From the NCBI GenBank assembly GCA_947373185.1, contig CANBWP010000013.1, positions 6,797-70,796 on the forward strand: DNA of 64,000 nt, in the 5' to 3' direction. Positions within the stretch are counted from its first letter, which is position 1; each line of letters begins with the position of its first letter. The position numbers were made by a program, and so were the translations under genes. The notes below the pieces were generated by a model. The model ran no database searches and was not told the origin of the DNA. It saw only the letters and a list, made by a program, of their open reading frames with translations. Source of the stretch: Comamonadaceae bacterium (GTDB lineage: Bacteria; Pseudomonadota; Gammaproteobacteria; Burkholderiales; Burkholderiaceae_C). Positions 35,467 to 45,143 of this stretch are shown in pieces.

Positions 35467-37845
35467 TTATTGGATGTCGTATTTGATTTCAGCATGCACG
35501 GTACGCTGTGTGTAGGGATGGAAATTCCAATACTTGTCGTTGTTCAGATTATCGATGCCCACGGCCAGGCTTGTTTGCGCATCGTATTTGTAACGAAGGC
35601 GTGCATCCACCGTGAAGAATTTGCTCACACCCATGTAGGTGAAGCCATTCACATCGGCATTGTTCAGCGTACGGTACTGCGGGCCACTGTAACGTGCTGC
35701 CAAGGTACCGGTCCAAGCAGGCGACATGCGATAAGTGGCCACAGCCGTGGCACGCCAACGCGGAATGTTCGGTTGCTGTTTGCCCAGGGTGTCACCCGCA
35801 ACAGCCACAAAGCCGGCATTCTCTTTGATGATGGAGTCGGTGTAGGTGACACTGCCCGACAAGTCCAAGCCTTGGAGGCCCAGATCTTTCGCGTTCAACG
35901 ATGTTTCTAAACCTTGCGTTGCAATGCGGCCTACATTTTGAACGCGTGAGATGCTGGCATTGGCCACAGGATCAAAGATGCTCTGTGAGAACAAACCGTC
36001 ATGCGTAGACTCTTGGAAATAAGTCAAGCGCCAAGTGGCTTTTTGCCATTCTTTTTCGTAGCTGAGTTCGGTCGTCACTGAGCGCTCTGGCTTCAATGCA
36101 GGGTCATTGATGTAGCGCGAGTTGGTGGTGGAAGTTGCACCATACAACTCGAACACGGTGGGCATGCGAACAGCACGGCCCGCAGAAGCTTTGATGACGC
36201 TGTCGGGCGTTAGCTGATAGGCCAAGGCCGCTTTAGGCGACACAAAATTTTCTTCGCGATCGGCCCACACTTGGTTGTAGCCATTGGCTGCAACCTGCGT
36301 TGTGCCTTTGCTGGCGCGCCAGGTTTCTGAACGCAAGCCCAATACACTCGTCAAACCCGGGGCCATGCGCCATGTGTCTTGCGCGTAGATGCTTTGAGTT
36401 TGCGTTTGTCCGCCGACAAAACTCGACTTGGCACCGGCTGCATCGGTGGTCCAATTGCCAGCGATGTTGGAGGTCAAATAGTTCAATGTGTAGTTGTCAG
36501 CTTGGTAACCGAAGTCAAATACATGCGCCCCCTTCAAGCCCATGGGTCGCCATGTGCCTCGCAAGGCCAAGTTGTTCCAACCTGTTCCCGCGCCATCGGC
36601 CAATGTACCAGCGCCACCCGTTAACGCAGATGGCAAGGTGGCCGTGGCTGCGTTCTGACGCTTTTGGTCTTTGTCGTAATCGTACAAGCTGCCCGCAATT
36701 TCCCAATCAAATTCGCCCTTGGTGTTGGACTTCAAAGACACGCCATGCATGAAGTGAGTGATGCTTTCATTGGTGAGCGCAAAGTCAGCGCCCGTCAGTG
36801 CGGCATATTGCTTGCCATTGATCACAATGGGCCCACTGGTGACAGGTGCACCCGTCGCTGCATTGGTAAGGTAAGTCGAAGAACGGCCTTCAGAAGAGTT
36901 TTGCCAAGTGCCCAAGGTGTAGGTGGCGCGCAAAGTACTTGAAACGTCGTAGGCCACTTTGATCTTGGCGTGGTCTTGTTGGGTGCTGTATTGCGTACCG
37001 GAACCAATGTAGTAGATGTCTGCATTGGCCGTATTTTTATCGGCCAACCAGCCGTTCACCACCACACCCTGGGTGGGCGTTGTACCCGTACTCACGGTGC
37101 GTGTTGCAAAGGTCAATGGCTGACCGGAACTGTTGGTGTGATTCAGGTTGATGAACCAAGACCAGTCGCCATTTTTGTTCCCCATCGATGCACTCGATTG
37201 CCATGCACGGTAACGGGTATCGGTGTTGTACAACTGAAAACCTTGGTTTGAATAACCCACTTTGACATGCGCTTCAAAACTGCTTGGCATGCGCGTTACA
37301 AAGTCCACCACCGCGCCCACCGAATTTCCTGGATACGCGGCAGAAAACGGGCCGTACATCACATCCACACGCTCAATTTCTTCAGGCGTCACCATGCCCC
37401 AACGCGGTGGAAAACTCAGGCCACTGATGCTGTTGCCCAGGTAATTGGAAAGTAAGATGCCGTCCGCATAGACCGCTGATCGTGCAGGATTGCCCGTACC
37501 CGAAGCGCGGCTGGACAAAATTGCGTGGTTGTAATCGCCTTCATAGCGCTTGCGCACCAGCAAGCTTGGAAAATACTTCAATGCATCTTCACTGTCCGTG
37601 GCATTGATTTTCTCTTGCACCTCAGAGCCCTTGATGCTCTCCATCGTGGTGGGAATGTGCGTTGGCAACGAAGAAGGACGACCTGATTGAATGGTCACCA
37701 CGCCCACTTCTTTCACGGGCTGCTGTTCTTGGGCCATCACGGCGCTTGAAAAGGCCACAGACAAAGCCATGACCAGAGGTTTCACCTCAAATCTCGATAC
37801 TGAATTCACTTTGAATTTCCAAAAAATAAACAAGGCGATGCACAA
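35467..37845 (-). CDS. TonB-dependent outer-membrane receptor (likely copper-related, OprC/NosA-type by context)
   Basis: 792-aa ORF with plug and beta-barrel pattern (DALKYFPSLLVRKRY...). The start is uncertain: TTG at 37845, GTG at 37809 or ATG at 37770. Confidence 0.88.
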   Translation of the reverse strand: MCIALFIFWKFKVNSVSRFEVKPLVMALSVAFSSAVMAQEQQPVKEVGVVTIQSGRPSSLPTHIPTTMESIKGSEVQEKINATDSEDALKYFPSLLVRKRYEGDYNHAILSSRASGTGNPARSAVYADGILLSNYLGNSISGLSFPPRWGMVTPEEIERVDVMYGPFSAAYPGNSVGAVVDFVTRMPSSFEAHVKVGYSNQGFQLYNTDTRYRAWQSSASMGNKNGDWSWFINLNHTNSSGQPLTFATRTVSTGTTPTQGVVVNGWLADKNTANADIYYIGSGTQYSTQQDHAKIKVAYDVSSTLRATYTLGTWQNSSEGRSSTYLTNAATGAPVTSGPIVINGKQYAALTGADFALTNESITHFMHGVSLKSNTKGEFDWEIAGSLYDYDKDQKRQNAATATLPSALTGGAGTLADGAGTGWNNLALRGTWRPMGLKGAHVFDFGYQADNYTLNYLTSNIAGNWTTDAAGAKSSFVGGQTQTQSIYAQDTWRMAPGLTSVLGLRSETWRASKGTTQVAANGYNQVWADREENFVSPKAALAYQLTPDSVIKASAGRAVRMPTVFELYGATSTTNSRYINDPALKPERSVTTELSYEKEWQKATWRLTYFQESTHDGLFSQSIFDPVANASISRVQNVGRIATQGLETSLNAKDLGLQGLDLSGSVTYTDSIIKENAGFVAVAGDTLGKQQPNIPRWRATAVATYRMSPAWTGTLAARYSGPQYRTLNNADVNGFTYMGVSKFFTVDARLRYKYDAQTSLAVGIDNLNNDKYWNFHPYTQRTVHAEIKYDIQ

Positions 37846-37872
37846 CCCTTGGGGGGTGCACAGCCAACAAAG

Positions 37873-37892
37873 TCAACGCATGCGCGCGTTGA
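37873..37892 (-). promoter_or_regulatory. Intercistronic stem-loop (TCAACGC-N6-GCGTTGA) between the DUF2946 ORF and the TonB-dependent receptor
   Basis: Perfect 7-bp arms. Lies 14 nt after the DUF2946 stop and 27 nt before the most upstream receptor start. Confidence 0.4.
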
Positions 37893-37906
37893 TCCGTGGG
37901 TTGATT

Positions 37907-38287
37907 TCAGGAAATAGAAGGCGGGCCGCGTGACGGCAGAGGGGGCGCCGTGACCGACGCAATGTGCGCTGCGGCAAGCGGCCGGAGGGCATGCGCTAAA
38001 GCGCTGGGTTTTTCAAATGCCAGGGAATCAGTGTGCAGTGGGATGACAACGGCCGCACACAAGGGGCAGTCCATGCTGGTACTGGCCTGTGTGTCTGTAC
38101 CCTCTTCACCCACGGCCACCATTTTCATGCCGCCCATGCTGCTACACACCATTTGCGTCTCTGTGGGGTGCACGATGGGCGCGGCAATGGCCGCACCAAT
38201 GAACAAAGCAAACCACACCAACACCAGGCGGGCGATGAATTTGTGGGTTTGCGCGTTGAACATGTGGCGTATTATCGCTGAAGCCAT
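37907..38287 (-). CDS. DUF2946-like small membrane protein (CxxC), upstream ORF of the receptor
   Basis: 126 aa. N-terminal [29 protein letters not shown] motif, and Pro-rich C-terminus PPLPSRGPP. Position 5' of a TonB-dependent receptor is typical for DUF2946. Confidence 0.6.
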   Translation of the reverse strand: MASAIIRHMFNAQTHKFIARLVLVWFALFIGAAIAAPIVHPTETQMVCSSMGGMKMVAVGEEGTDTQASTSMDCPLCAAVVIPLHTDSLAFEKPSALAHALRPLAAAHIASVTAPPLPSRGPPSIS

Positions 38288-38310
38288 TCCATCCTTCAGC
38301 TTCTCGCATT

Positions 38311-39450
38311 ATGAAAAAAATACTCCTTTTGGGCTCAGGCGAACTGGGCAAAGAATTCGTCATCAGTGCCAAGCGTTTGGGCTGCCATGTCATTGCCTGT
38401 GACAGTTATGCCGGCGCACCCGCCATGCAAGTGGCCGATGAATGCGAAGTGTTCAGCATGCTGGACGAAGCGCCCTTGCGCGCCGCCATCGCCAAACACC
38501 AACCCGATTTGATCGTGCCCGAGATTGAAGCCATCCGCACCGAGGTGTTGTTGGACGTTGAAAAAGAAGGCTTCGAGGTAATCCCCAGTGCACGCGCAGC
38601 CAACCTCACCATGAACCGCGATCGCATTCGCGATGTGGCGGTGGGTTTGGGCGTTCGCACGGCCAAATTCAACTACGCCGAATCCAGTGAAGAACTGCTT
38701 GCTCAAGCCAAAGCCATTGGTTTTCCGGTGGTCATCAAACCTGTCATGAGTTCATCGGGCAAGGGTCAAAGCGTTGCCAAAACCGAAGCCGACATTCAAG
38801 CCAGCTGGGACTATGCGTGTGCCGGCATGCGCGGTGATCGCAAAAAAGTCATCGTTGAAGAGTTCATCAACTTTGAGTTTGAAATCACCCTCCTCACCAT
38901 TCGGCAACGCAATGGCCAAACCTTGTTCTGCCCGCCCATTGGGCATGTGCAAGAACGCGGTGATTACCAATACAGCTGGCAACCACAGGCCATGGCGCCT
39001 GATTATTTAAAAGCAGCCCAAGAGATGGCCGAAAAAGTCACCGCAGATTTAGGCGGTGCCGGCTTGTTTGGTGTGGAGTTTTTTGTCACCGCCAAAGAAG
39101 TCATCTTCAGCGAACTGAGCCCCCGTCCGCATGACACTGGCATGGTGACCTTGATCAGCCAAAATCTCAGTGAATTTGATTTGCACGCACGCGCAGTGTT
39201 GGGTTTGCCCATTCCTGTGATTGAGTGCGTGGAAGGTGCCAGTGCCGTGGTGCTGGCCGACCGTGAAGGCAAGAACCCCAGTTACGCGGGTGTGTCGGCT
39301 GCTTTGCAAGAACCCGGCGTCGATGTCCGCATTTTCGGTAAACCGACCACGCGTCCTTTTAGGCGGATGGCGGTGGCGTTGGCCAAGGGCGATAAAGCCT
39401 TAGAGCGCGCTCGCGCAGCAGCCTCGAAAATCAGCGTGCATGTTTCTTAA
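38311..39450 (+). CDS. purT: Formate-dependent phosphoribosylglycinamide formyltransferase (GAR transformylase 2)
   Basis: 379 aa, colinear with E. coli PurT: [11 protein letters not shown]...PAMQVA...[13 protein letters not shown]...[24 protein letters not shown]. Confidence 0.95.
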   Translation: MKKILLLGSGELGKEFVISAKRLGCHVIACDSYAGAPAMQVADECEVFSMLDEAPLRAAIAKHQPDLIVPEIEAIRTEVLLDVEKEGFEVIPSARAANLTMNRDRIRDVAVGLGVRTAKFNYAESSEELLAQAKAIGFPVVIKPVMSSSGKGQSVAKTEADIQASWDYACAGMRGDRKKVIVEEFINFEFEITLLTIRQRNGQTLFCPPIGHVQERGDYQYSWQPQAMAPDYLKAAQEMAEKVTADLGGAGLFGVEFFVTAKEVIFSELSPRPHDTGMVTLISQNLSEFDLHARAVLGLPIPVIECVEGASAVVLADREGKNPSYAGVSAALQEPGVDVRIFGKPTTRPFRRMAVALAKGDKALERARAAASKISVHVS

Positions 39451-39467
39451 GCGCCTTGCTTGATCGC

Positions 39468-39509
39468 AAAAAAAAGGGACCTGGGTTGCACAACCCAAGT
39501 CCCTTTTTT
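39468..39509. terminator. Bidirectional rho-independent terminator
   Basis: A8, then stem GGGACCTGGGTTG / CAACCCAAGTCCC (12 of 13 complementary), then T6. Lies between convergent purT and the nitroreductase gene. Confidence 0.85.
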
Positions 39510-39531
39510 GATTAGAAGGATTGACTTCAGA

Positions 39532-40167
39532 TCACTTCACTTCAGTGATGAACTTGTCGTTGGTGCGACGCACCTTCTTCATGTTGACCAACCAGTCTTT
39601 GTCGGCTTCGCGGTAGCCCAAAGGCAAGATAACTGTGCTGCGCAAACCACGTGCGGCCAAGCCCAAGATTTCATCCACAGCAGCGGGATTGAAACCTTCC
39701 ATGGGCGTCGCGTCAACTTCTTGCTCGGCTGCAGCGATCAAGGCTGTGCCCAACGCAATGTAAGACTGCTTGGCGGCGTGTTGGAAGTTCACCTCGGGGC
39801 CTTTGGCTGGATAGTTGGCCAGCAACATCTTGCGATAGTTCTCAGCACCTTCGTTCACAAAGCCGCGCACTTCATTGTTGTAGTCAAACATCATGTTGAT
39901 GCGCTCGGCGGTGTAATCGTTCCAAGCGGCAAACACCAAGAGGTGTGAACCTTCTGTGATTTGCGCTTGGTTGTTGGCAGCCGCTTGAATCTTGGCGCGA
40001 ACTTCAGGATTGGTCACCACGAACACTTCGTAAGGTTGCAGACCACTGGAAGTGGCTGTCAGGCGAATGGCTTCCAAAATGCGTTGCACTTTGGCTTCGG
40101 GCACGGACTTGGTGGGGTCCATTTTTTTGGTGGCATAACGCCAGTTCAGGGCTTGCAGCAAATCCAT
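39532..40167 (-). CDS. NAD(P)H nitroreductase-family protein
   Basis: 211 aa with LNWRYATKKMDPTKSVPEAKVQRILEAIRLTATSSGLQPY (NfsB/nitroreductase fold pattern). Confidence 0.85.
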   Translation of the reverse strand: MDLLQALNWRYATKKMDPTKSVPEAKVQRILEAIRLTATSSGLQPYEVFVVTNPEVRAKIQAAANNQAQITEGSHLLVFAAWNDYTAERINMMFDYNNEVRGFVNEGAENYRKMLLANYPAKGPEVNFQHAAKQSYIALGTALIAAAEQEVDATPMEGFNPAAVDEILGLAARGLRSTVILPLGYREADKDWLVNMKKVRRTNDKFITEVK

Positions 40168-40290
40168 GTTCAGACTTCCAGTTTGAAAAATTAAAGACAG
40201 AGTTTAGCCGTCTTCGCAAATTGTCGGCGTTCACCCTTCCCAAGACCCCTGTTCACAACGCACGATGCCGAAGCGGTTAGGATTCAAGCC

Positions 40291-41487
40291 ATGAACAATT
40301 GGCTCCCCCTGCTCGCGACCCTTTTCATTCAGGCCATGGTCGCCATGGCCCTGCTGACTTTGCCGGTCATGGCACCTGTGGCTGCGAAAAGCCTCAGCGT
40401 GTCACCCGCTTTGGTCGGTTTGTATGTGGCCATCACTTACGCCGGAGCGATGTTTGCAAGCCTGACATCGGGCACCACCGTCAGTCGCCTTGGGCCCATC
40501 CGAGTCAGCCAAATGGGCTTGCTGTTTTGCGCCACAGGGCTTTGCCTGTGTGCCATCCCGTTCTTGCCTGCCATTGCCTTGGGGGCCTTGTTCATTGGTC
40601 TGGGCTATGGCCCCATCACCCCGGCCAGTTCCCAAATCTTGGCGCGCACCACACCGCCAGCCCAAATGGCCTTGGTCTTTTCCATCAAACAGACGGGCGT
40701 GCCAGTGGGCTCCATGATGGCCGGCGCCATCGTGCCCTCCCTCATGCTGGGCATTGACTGGCAGTGGACCTTGGTGATCGTGGCTGGGGCCTGTGTGCTG
40801 AGTGCCGTCTTGGCGCAGCCGCTTCGCGCCTCAATGGACGATTTGCGCCAAACCAAACTGCCCTTTCAAATGGGCACCCTCAGCCACCCCATTCGCATGG
40901 TGCTAGGGCATCGGGCCTTGGCCACCATGGCCGCATGCTCCTTCATGTTTTCGATGGTCCAGATGTCGCTCACCACTTACCTCGTCACGTACTTGCACGA
41001 CGATTTAGCCTACGGCATGGTCAGTGCCGGCCTCTTGCTGTCTGTGACGCAGATGGGCGGCATTGCAGGCCGCATTGTGTGGGGCGTTGTGGCAGACAAA
41101 TGGCTGGGAGCCCAAAAAGCGTTGGCACTGTTGGCCAGTTTGATGGCCATCAGCGCCCTGTCAACGGCATTGCTGTTGCCCATTTTACCGCTCTGGGGCA
41201 TTTGGCTGATACTGATTGTGTTTGGTGCCTCGGCCATTGGTTGGAACGGCGTGTATTTGGCAGAAGTGGCGCGGCAAGCCCCTGAAGGCCAAGCCAGCGT
41301 GGCCACAGGTGGCACGCTCACGTTCACTTTCTTGGGCGTGGTCATTGGCCCCCCCTTGTTTGGCGCTCTCTCTAGCCTGTTTGGCACCTACCGCGCTGGG
41401 TTCATGGCCCTGGTGGTCACGTCCAGCTTGTGCGCCTGGGTTTTGTTCACCCTCAAGCCGCGTGCGTCGGCGCCAAGCCCCGAATAA
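40291..41487 (+). CDS. MFS transporter
   Basis: 398 aa, hydrophobic throughout with a 12-TM-like pattern. Confidence 0.85.
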   Translation: MNNWLPLLATLFIQAMVAMALLTLPVMAPVAAKSLSVSPALVGLYVAITYAGAMFASLTSGTTVSRLGPIRVSQMGLLFCATGLCLCAIPFLPAIALGALFIGLGYGPITPASSQILARTTPPAQMALVFSIKQTGVPVGSMMAGAIVPSLMLGIDWQWTLVIVAGACVLSAVLAQPLRASMDDLRQTKLPFQMGTLSHPIRMVLGHRALATMAACSFMFSMVQMSLTTYLVTYLHDDLAYGMVSAGLLLSVTQMGGIAGRIVWGVVADKWLGAQKALALLASLMAISALSTALLLPILPLWGIWLILIVFGASAIGWNGVYLAEVARQAPEGQASVATGGTLTFTFLGVVIGPPLFGALSSLFGTYRAGFMALVVTSSLCAWVLFTLKPRASAPSPE

Positions 41488-43075
41488 AGTCAACGCCTTT
41501 TTCGGCAATCATGAGGGTGGGGGCATTGGTGTTGCCTGTCACCAAATGGGGCATGACCGACGCATCAATCACGCGCAAAGCTTGCAGGCCATGCACTCGC
41601 AGCTGGGAATCCACCACCGCCATGGGGTCCGTTGAGGGCCCCATTTTGCAAGTACCTACAGGGTGGTACTCAGTGTCAGAGTGATCACGCAAAAAGTCCT
41701 CAATTTGAGCCGTGTCTTGTGCCTCAAGGGGGTACAGCATGTCGCCGCGGTATGCCTTCAAGGCAGCAGACTGCATGATGCGCAGGCCCATTTGGGTGCC
41801 TTTGATGAGGGTGGCCATGTCTTGTGGGTGTTGGAAGAACGCTGGATCAATGCGCGGTTTGTCCATCGGATTGCGGCTGATCAAACTCACACTGCCGCGG
41901 CTCTTGGGCCGCATGAGGGTCACGTGCAAGGTATAGCCGTGGCCCGCATGAAATTTGCGGGCATGATCATCGATCACGCCAGTGCACAAGGCCAATTGAA
42001 TGTCCGGGTGCGCTTCATTGCTCTGCGTGGACACAAAGCCCTGTGTTTCAGACACATTGGAGGTGATCCAACCCTTGCGTTGGGTGCGCCACTGCCACAT
42101 GGCTTTGAGCATGTTCCATGTGCCCTTCAAGGAGTAGCCCATGGCGTCATTGACTTTTTGGGTTTTGTAAATCAGGACAGTGGTGACATGGTCTTGCAGG
42201 TTGCGTCCCACACCCGGTAACTCGTGCACCACAGGAATGCCCAGGTCTTGCAAATGCAATGCGGGCCCCACACCCGACAGCATGAGCAGCTGAGGCGAGC
42301 CAAATGCACCACCTGACAGAATCACTTCTTTGTTGGCTCGCACTTCATGGTGAACACCATGGACCATGTACTTGACGGCCACCGCACGTTTGCCTTCCCA
42401 CACTATTTGCGTGGCGTGTGCATGGGTGACCACCGTCAAATTGGTTTGATGACGATGCGGGTCGACGTAGGCCCTTGCCGCATTCCAGCGTTCGCCATTT
42501 TTCTGAGTCACTTGCCCAGGCGACACACCAAATTGCGTTGCACCGTTGTAGTCTGGGTTGGTGGGTATGCCCTGCTCGTTGCAGGCCTGAATGAAGGCTT
42601 CATTCAAGGGGCTGGGGCTTCGTAAAAAACTCACATTCAAGGGCCCGCCAACGCCGCGGTAGTCATTGGCACCAAAACACTCGTTGTGCTCCGACTTTTT
42701 AAAGTAAGGCAACACATCCTGATACGACCAACCCGCATTGCCCAGTGCGTCCCAACTGTTGTAATCATTGGCATTGCCGCGGGTGTACACCATGGCGTTG
42801 ACTGACGAGCTGCCGCCCATCACCTTACCGCGTGGCTGAAAGCCGCGCCGTCCCTTGAAGCCTGCCTGCGGGATGGTGTTGTAACCCCAACTGTGAATGT
42901 TCAAGGGTGCGGTGGCCGCAAAACCCAAAGGGGCTTTGATGAACACCGAATGATCGGGGCCACCCGCTTCCAGCAAACACACGCTCAGACCTGCGTCTTC
43001 GCTGAGTCGTCCAGCCACACAACAGCCGGCAGAGCCAGCCCCTACCACCACATAGTCAAACGCTTGATGCGACAT
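41453..43075 (-). CDS. GMC-family FAD oxidoreductase (choline/alcohol dehydrogenase-like)
   Basis: 540 aa. [24 protein letters not shown]-binding motif and C-terminal HPVGTCKMG. Confidence 0.92.
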   Translation of the reverse strand: MSHQAFDYVVVGAGSAGCCVAGRLSEDAGLSVCLLEAGGPDHSVFIKAPLGFAATAPLNIHSWGYNTIPQAGFKGRRGFQPRGKVMGGSSSVNAMVYTRGNANDYNSWDALGNAGWSYQDVLPYFKKSEHNECFGANDYRGVGGPLNVSFLRSPSPLNEAFIQACNEQGIPTNPDYNGATQFGVSPGQVTQKNGERWNAARAYVDPHRHQTNLTVVTHAHATQIVWEGKRAVAVKYMVHGVHHEVRANKEVILSGGAFGSPQLLMLSGVGPALHLQDLGIPVVHELPGVGRNLQDHVTTVLIYKTQKVNDAMGYSLKGTWNMLKAMWQWRTQRKGWITSNVSETQGFVSTQSNEAHPDIQLALCTGVIDDHARKFHAGHGYTLHVTLMRPKSRGSVSLISRNPMDKPRIDPAFFQHPQDMATLIKGTQMGLRIMQSAALKAYRGDMLYPLEAQDTAQIEDFLRDHSDTEYHPVGTCKMGPSTDPMAVVDSQLRVHGLQALRVIDASVMPHLVTGNTNAPTLMIAEKGVDFIRGLAPTHAA

Positions 43076-43080
43076 GTTTC

Positions 43081-45042
43081 TTACCTCGTGACAATCGGAA
43101 AACGACCGGGCGCTTTGTCCATCATGCTGAAAAACAAAGCCAAATCAATGGGGCTGCCCTCAATTTGGGTTTGATTGGAGAGAAGCATTTCTTTGCCACC
43201 GGCTTGACCCAAGACCATCTGTAAAAAGAAGGGCTTGGTCAGGGTCAGGGTGGCGTTGGCATCTTTGTCGGGCGCTTTTTGCGCATGGTGCAACACGGAG
43301 TTCTCCATCGAGAGGACGAAGCTTTCGTGCGTGTCTGAAAACACCACATTGATTTTGAGCTTCTTGCCTTCGGCCTTGCCTGCATTGAGCGACGCCGCCA
43401 TGGCTTCCAAAAACCGGTCAATGGGCGTTTGCTTCAACATCTCTATCAAACCTTCACGCGGCATGCCTTTTTCAGGCGGTCCCACTCGCAACTCCATGGC
43501 ACCGGTCAGATAAAAATTACGCCAAGCAGAAGACTCTGCGCTGTAACCCATCGCCTCAAACGTCTGCGCCATCAGGGCTTTGGCTTGCTTGTGTTGCGGT
43601 GAGACATCCAACACATGCTTGAGCAATTCGGCCGCCCAACGATGCTCACCTGTACGCACAGCCTCTTGTGCAGCAGCCACCACCTTGGCTTCGCCCCCCA
43701 TCAAGCTGACGTATTTTTCAGAAGACTGCACTGCAGGCAAGGGGTCCAAATTGGCAGGGTGCGCATCAAACCAGCCCAGATAATGTTGATAGACCGCTTT
43801 CACGTTGTGACGCACCGTACCGTAATAGCCCCGCACACTCAAGTAGGCATCCAAGCTGGCTGGCAATTGAAGTGTTTCTGCAATCTCCGCCGCATTCAAA
43901 CCCGCATTCATTTGTCGAACCGTTTGATCGTGAATGAATTGGTAGGTGTCGCGTTGCTTGCCAATGAACTCTTGAATGTTGGCAGCGCCCCAGACTGGCC
44001 AGTGGTGTTGATTGAACACCACCTCTGCCTTTTCAACATGTTGCAATGCTTGGTCCAGATACGCAGCCCACTTGCTGGCATCGCGCACTTTCGCGCCACG
44101 CAATGTGTACAAGTTGTGCAGAGTGTGGCCCATGATTTCAGACCCGCAGAAGGCTTTGAAATCAGGCAAATAAAAGGTGAACTCGGACGGCGCTTCGCTG
44201 CCAGGGGCATTGTGAAAAACAAACTGCACGCCATCGATCTGCATGCTTTCGGTTTCTTTGGCCACGCTGATGTTGGGCGGCAAAATGCCCATCTTGCCAA
44301 AGGCCACGGCCTTGCCCAAGCCGTTGTCAATCAGGCCTTTCTCGTTTTTGGGCAGGCGACTGCCGTACATGTACATGGCGCGTCGGCCCATGGCGGGGCC
44401 CATCAAAATGTTTTCGCTGGTGGCCTCTTCCATGAATCCGGAAGGCGCCACAACAGGCACTTTGCGTGCCTTCACGTCTTCGGCACTGAGCACGCCCAAA
44501 GCGCCACCAAAATGATCAGCGTGGCTGTGCGTGAAAATCAAGGCTGAAACGGCTTGCGGCCCTAAATGCTGCCTGGCAAAGGCAAGGGCCGCTGCGGAGG
44601 TTTCTTGCGCGGTGAGGGCATCCACCACAATCCAGCCGGTCTTGCCTTGAATCAGCGTCATGTTGGCCAAATCAAACCCACGCAATTGCCAGATGCCCTC
44701 GGTCACTTTGAACAATCCCGTTTGATTGTTCAAGGTGGCTTGACGCCAAAGACTGGGGTTGACCGTCGCGGGTGCATCGCCTTGGATGAAAGCGAATGCG
44801 TCAAAGTCCCAAATGACTTGACCCGCAGCGTCCTTGATTTGACCGGTGGGCGCAGCGATGAAACCTTTCCTGGCGTCACTTTGCTTGAGCCACTCAGCGC
44901 TGATCGCCGTGCTGGGTGTTGACTTGGCGCCTTGGCTGGGCAGCTCAGTCTTTTGGCAGGCCCACAAACAGCATGTTGCCATCAGGCAGCTCAGCCACAC
45001 TGACCCTGGTTTCTTTTGACGGGCATCTCGATCCAACATCAC
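43081..45042 (-). CDS. Alkyl/aryl-sulfatase, metallo-beta-lactamase fold (SdsA1/Bds1-type)
   Basis: 653 aa. THSHADHFGG motif, N-terminal possible lipobox LWAC, and a C-terminal SCP2-like region. Confidence 0.88.
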   Translation of the reverse strand: MMLDRDARQKKPGSVWLSCLMATCCLWACQKTELPSQGAKSTPSTAISAEWLKQSDARKGFIAAPTGQIKDAAGQVIWDFDAFAFIQGDAPATVNPSLWRQATLNNQTGLFKVTEGIWQLRGFDLANMTLIQGKTGWIVVDALTAQETSAAALAFARQHLGPQAVSALIFTHSHADHFGGALGVLSAEDVKARKVPVVAPSGFMEEATSENILMGPAMGRRAMYMYGSRLPKNEKGLIDNGLGKAVAFGKMGILPPNISVAKETESMQIDGVQFVFHNAPGSEAPSEFTFYLPDFKAFCGSEIMGHTLHNLYTLRGAKVRDASKWAAYLDQALQHVEKAEVVFNQHHWPVWGAANIQEFIGKQRDTYQFIHDQTVRQMNAGLNAAEIAETLQLPASLDAYLSVRGYYGTVRHNVKAVYQHYLGWFDAHPANLDPLPAVQSSEKYVSLMGGEAKVVAAAQEAVRTGEHRWAAELLKHVLDVSPQHKQAKALMAQTFEAMGYSAESSAWRNFYLTGAMELRVGPPEKGMPREGLIEMLKQTPIDRFLEAMAASLNAGKAEGKKLKINVVFSDTHESFVLSMENSVLHHAQKAPDKDANATLTLTKPFFLQMVLGQAGGKEMLLSNQTQIEGSPIDLALFFSMMDKAPGRFPIVTR

Positions 45043-45143
45043 ACACTCCTTGTGCGGCTGTTATAAATCAAGCAAGACCATCGACCTAGGGGTCATACCC
45101 TTAGCAACATGACTCAACATGAACCAGCATGACGCAACAGGCC

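Noticed and set aside
34741-35910. A 389-aa plus-strand ORF spanning the YcnI::PCuAC and receptor genes.
   Set aside because: It crosses a gene boundary on the opposite strand. Its product is Arg/Gly/His-rich low-information sequence. The minus-strand products carry exact domain motifs.
41453-41487. A 35-nt overlap of the convergent MFS and GMC genes as a sign of frameshift or misassembly.
   Set aside because: Both proteins are full length with normal C-termini. Short convergent overlaps are common.
43615-44547. A 310-aa plus-strand ORF inside the sulfatase gene. Similar long antisense ORFs occur at 45863..46819, 46816..47682, 29671..30543, 26828..27559, 22564..23358, 6314..7027, 57454..58179, 54796..55485, 53358..54029 and 50573..51229.
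   Set aside because: This is typical GC-rich-genome antisense openness. In every case the opposite strand encodes a protein with clear catalytic or family motifs. None of these ORFs has an RBS or recognisable domain.
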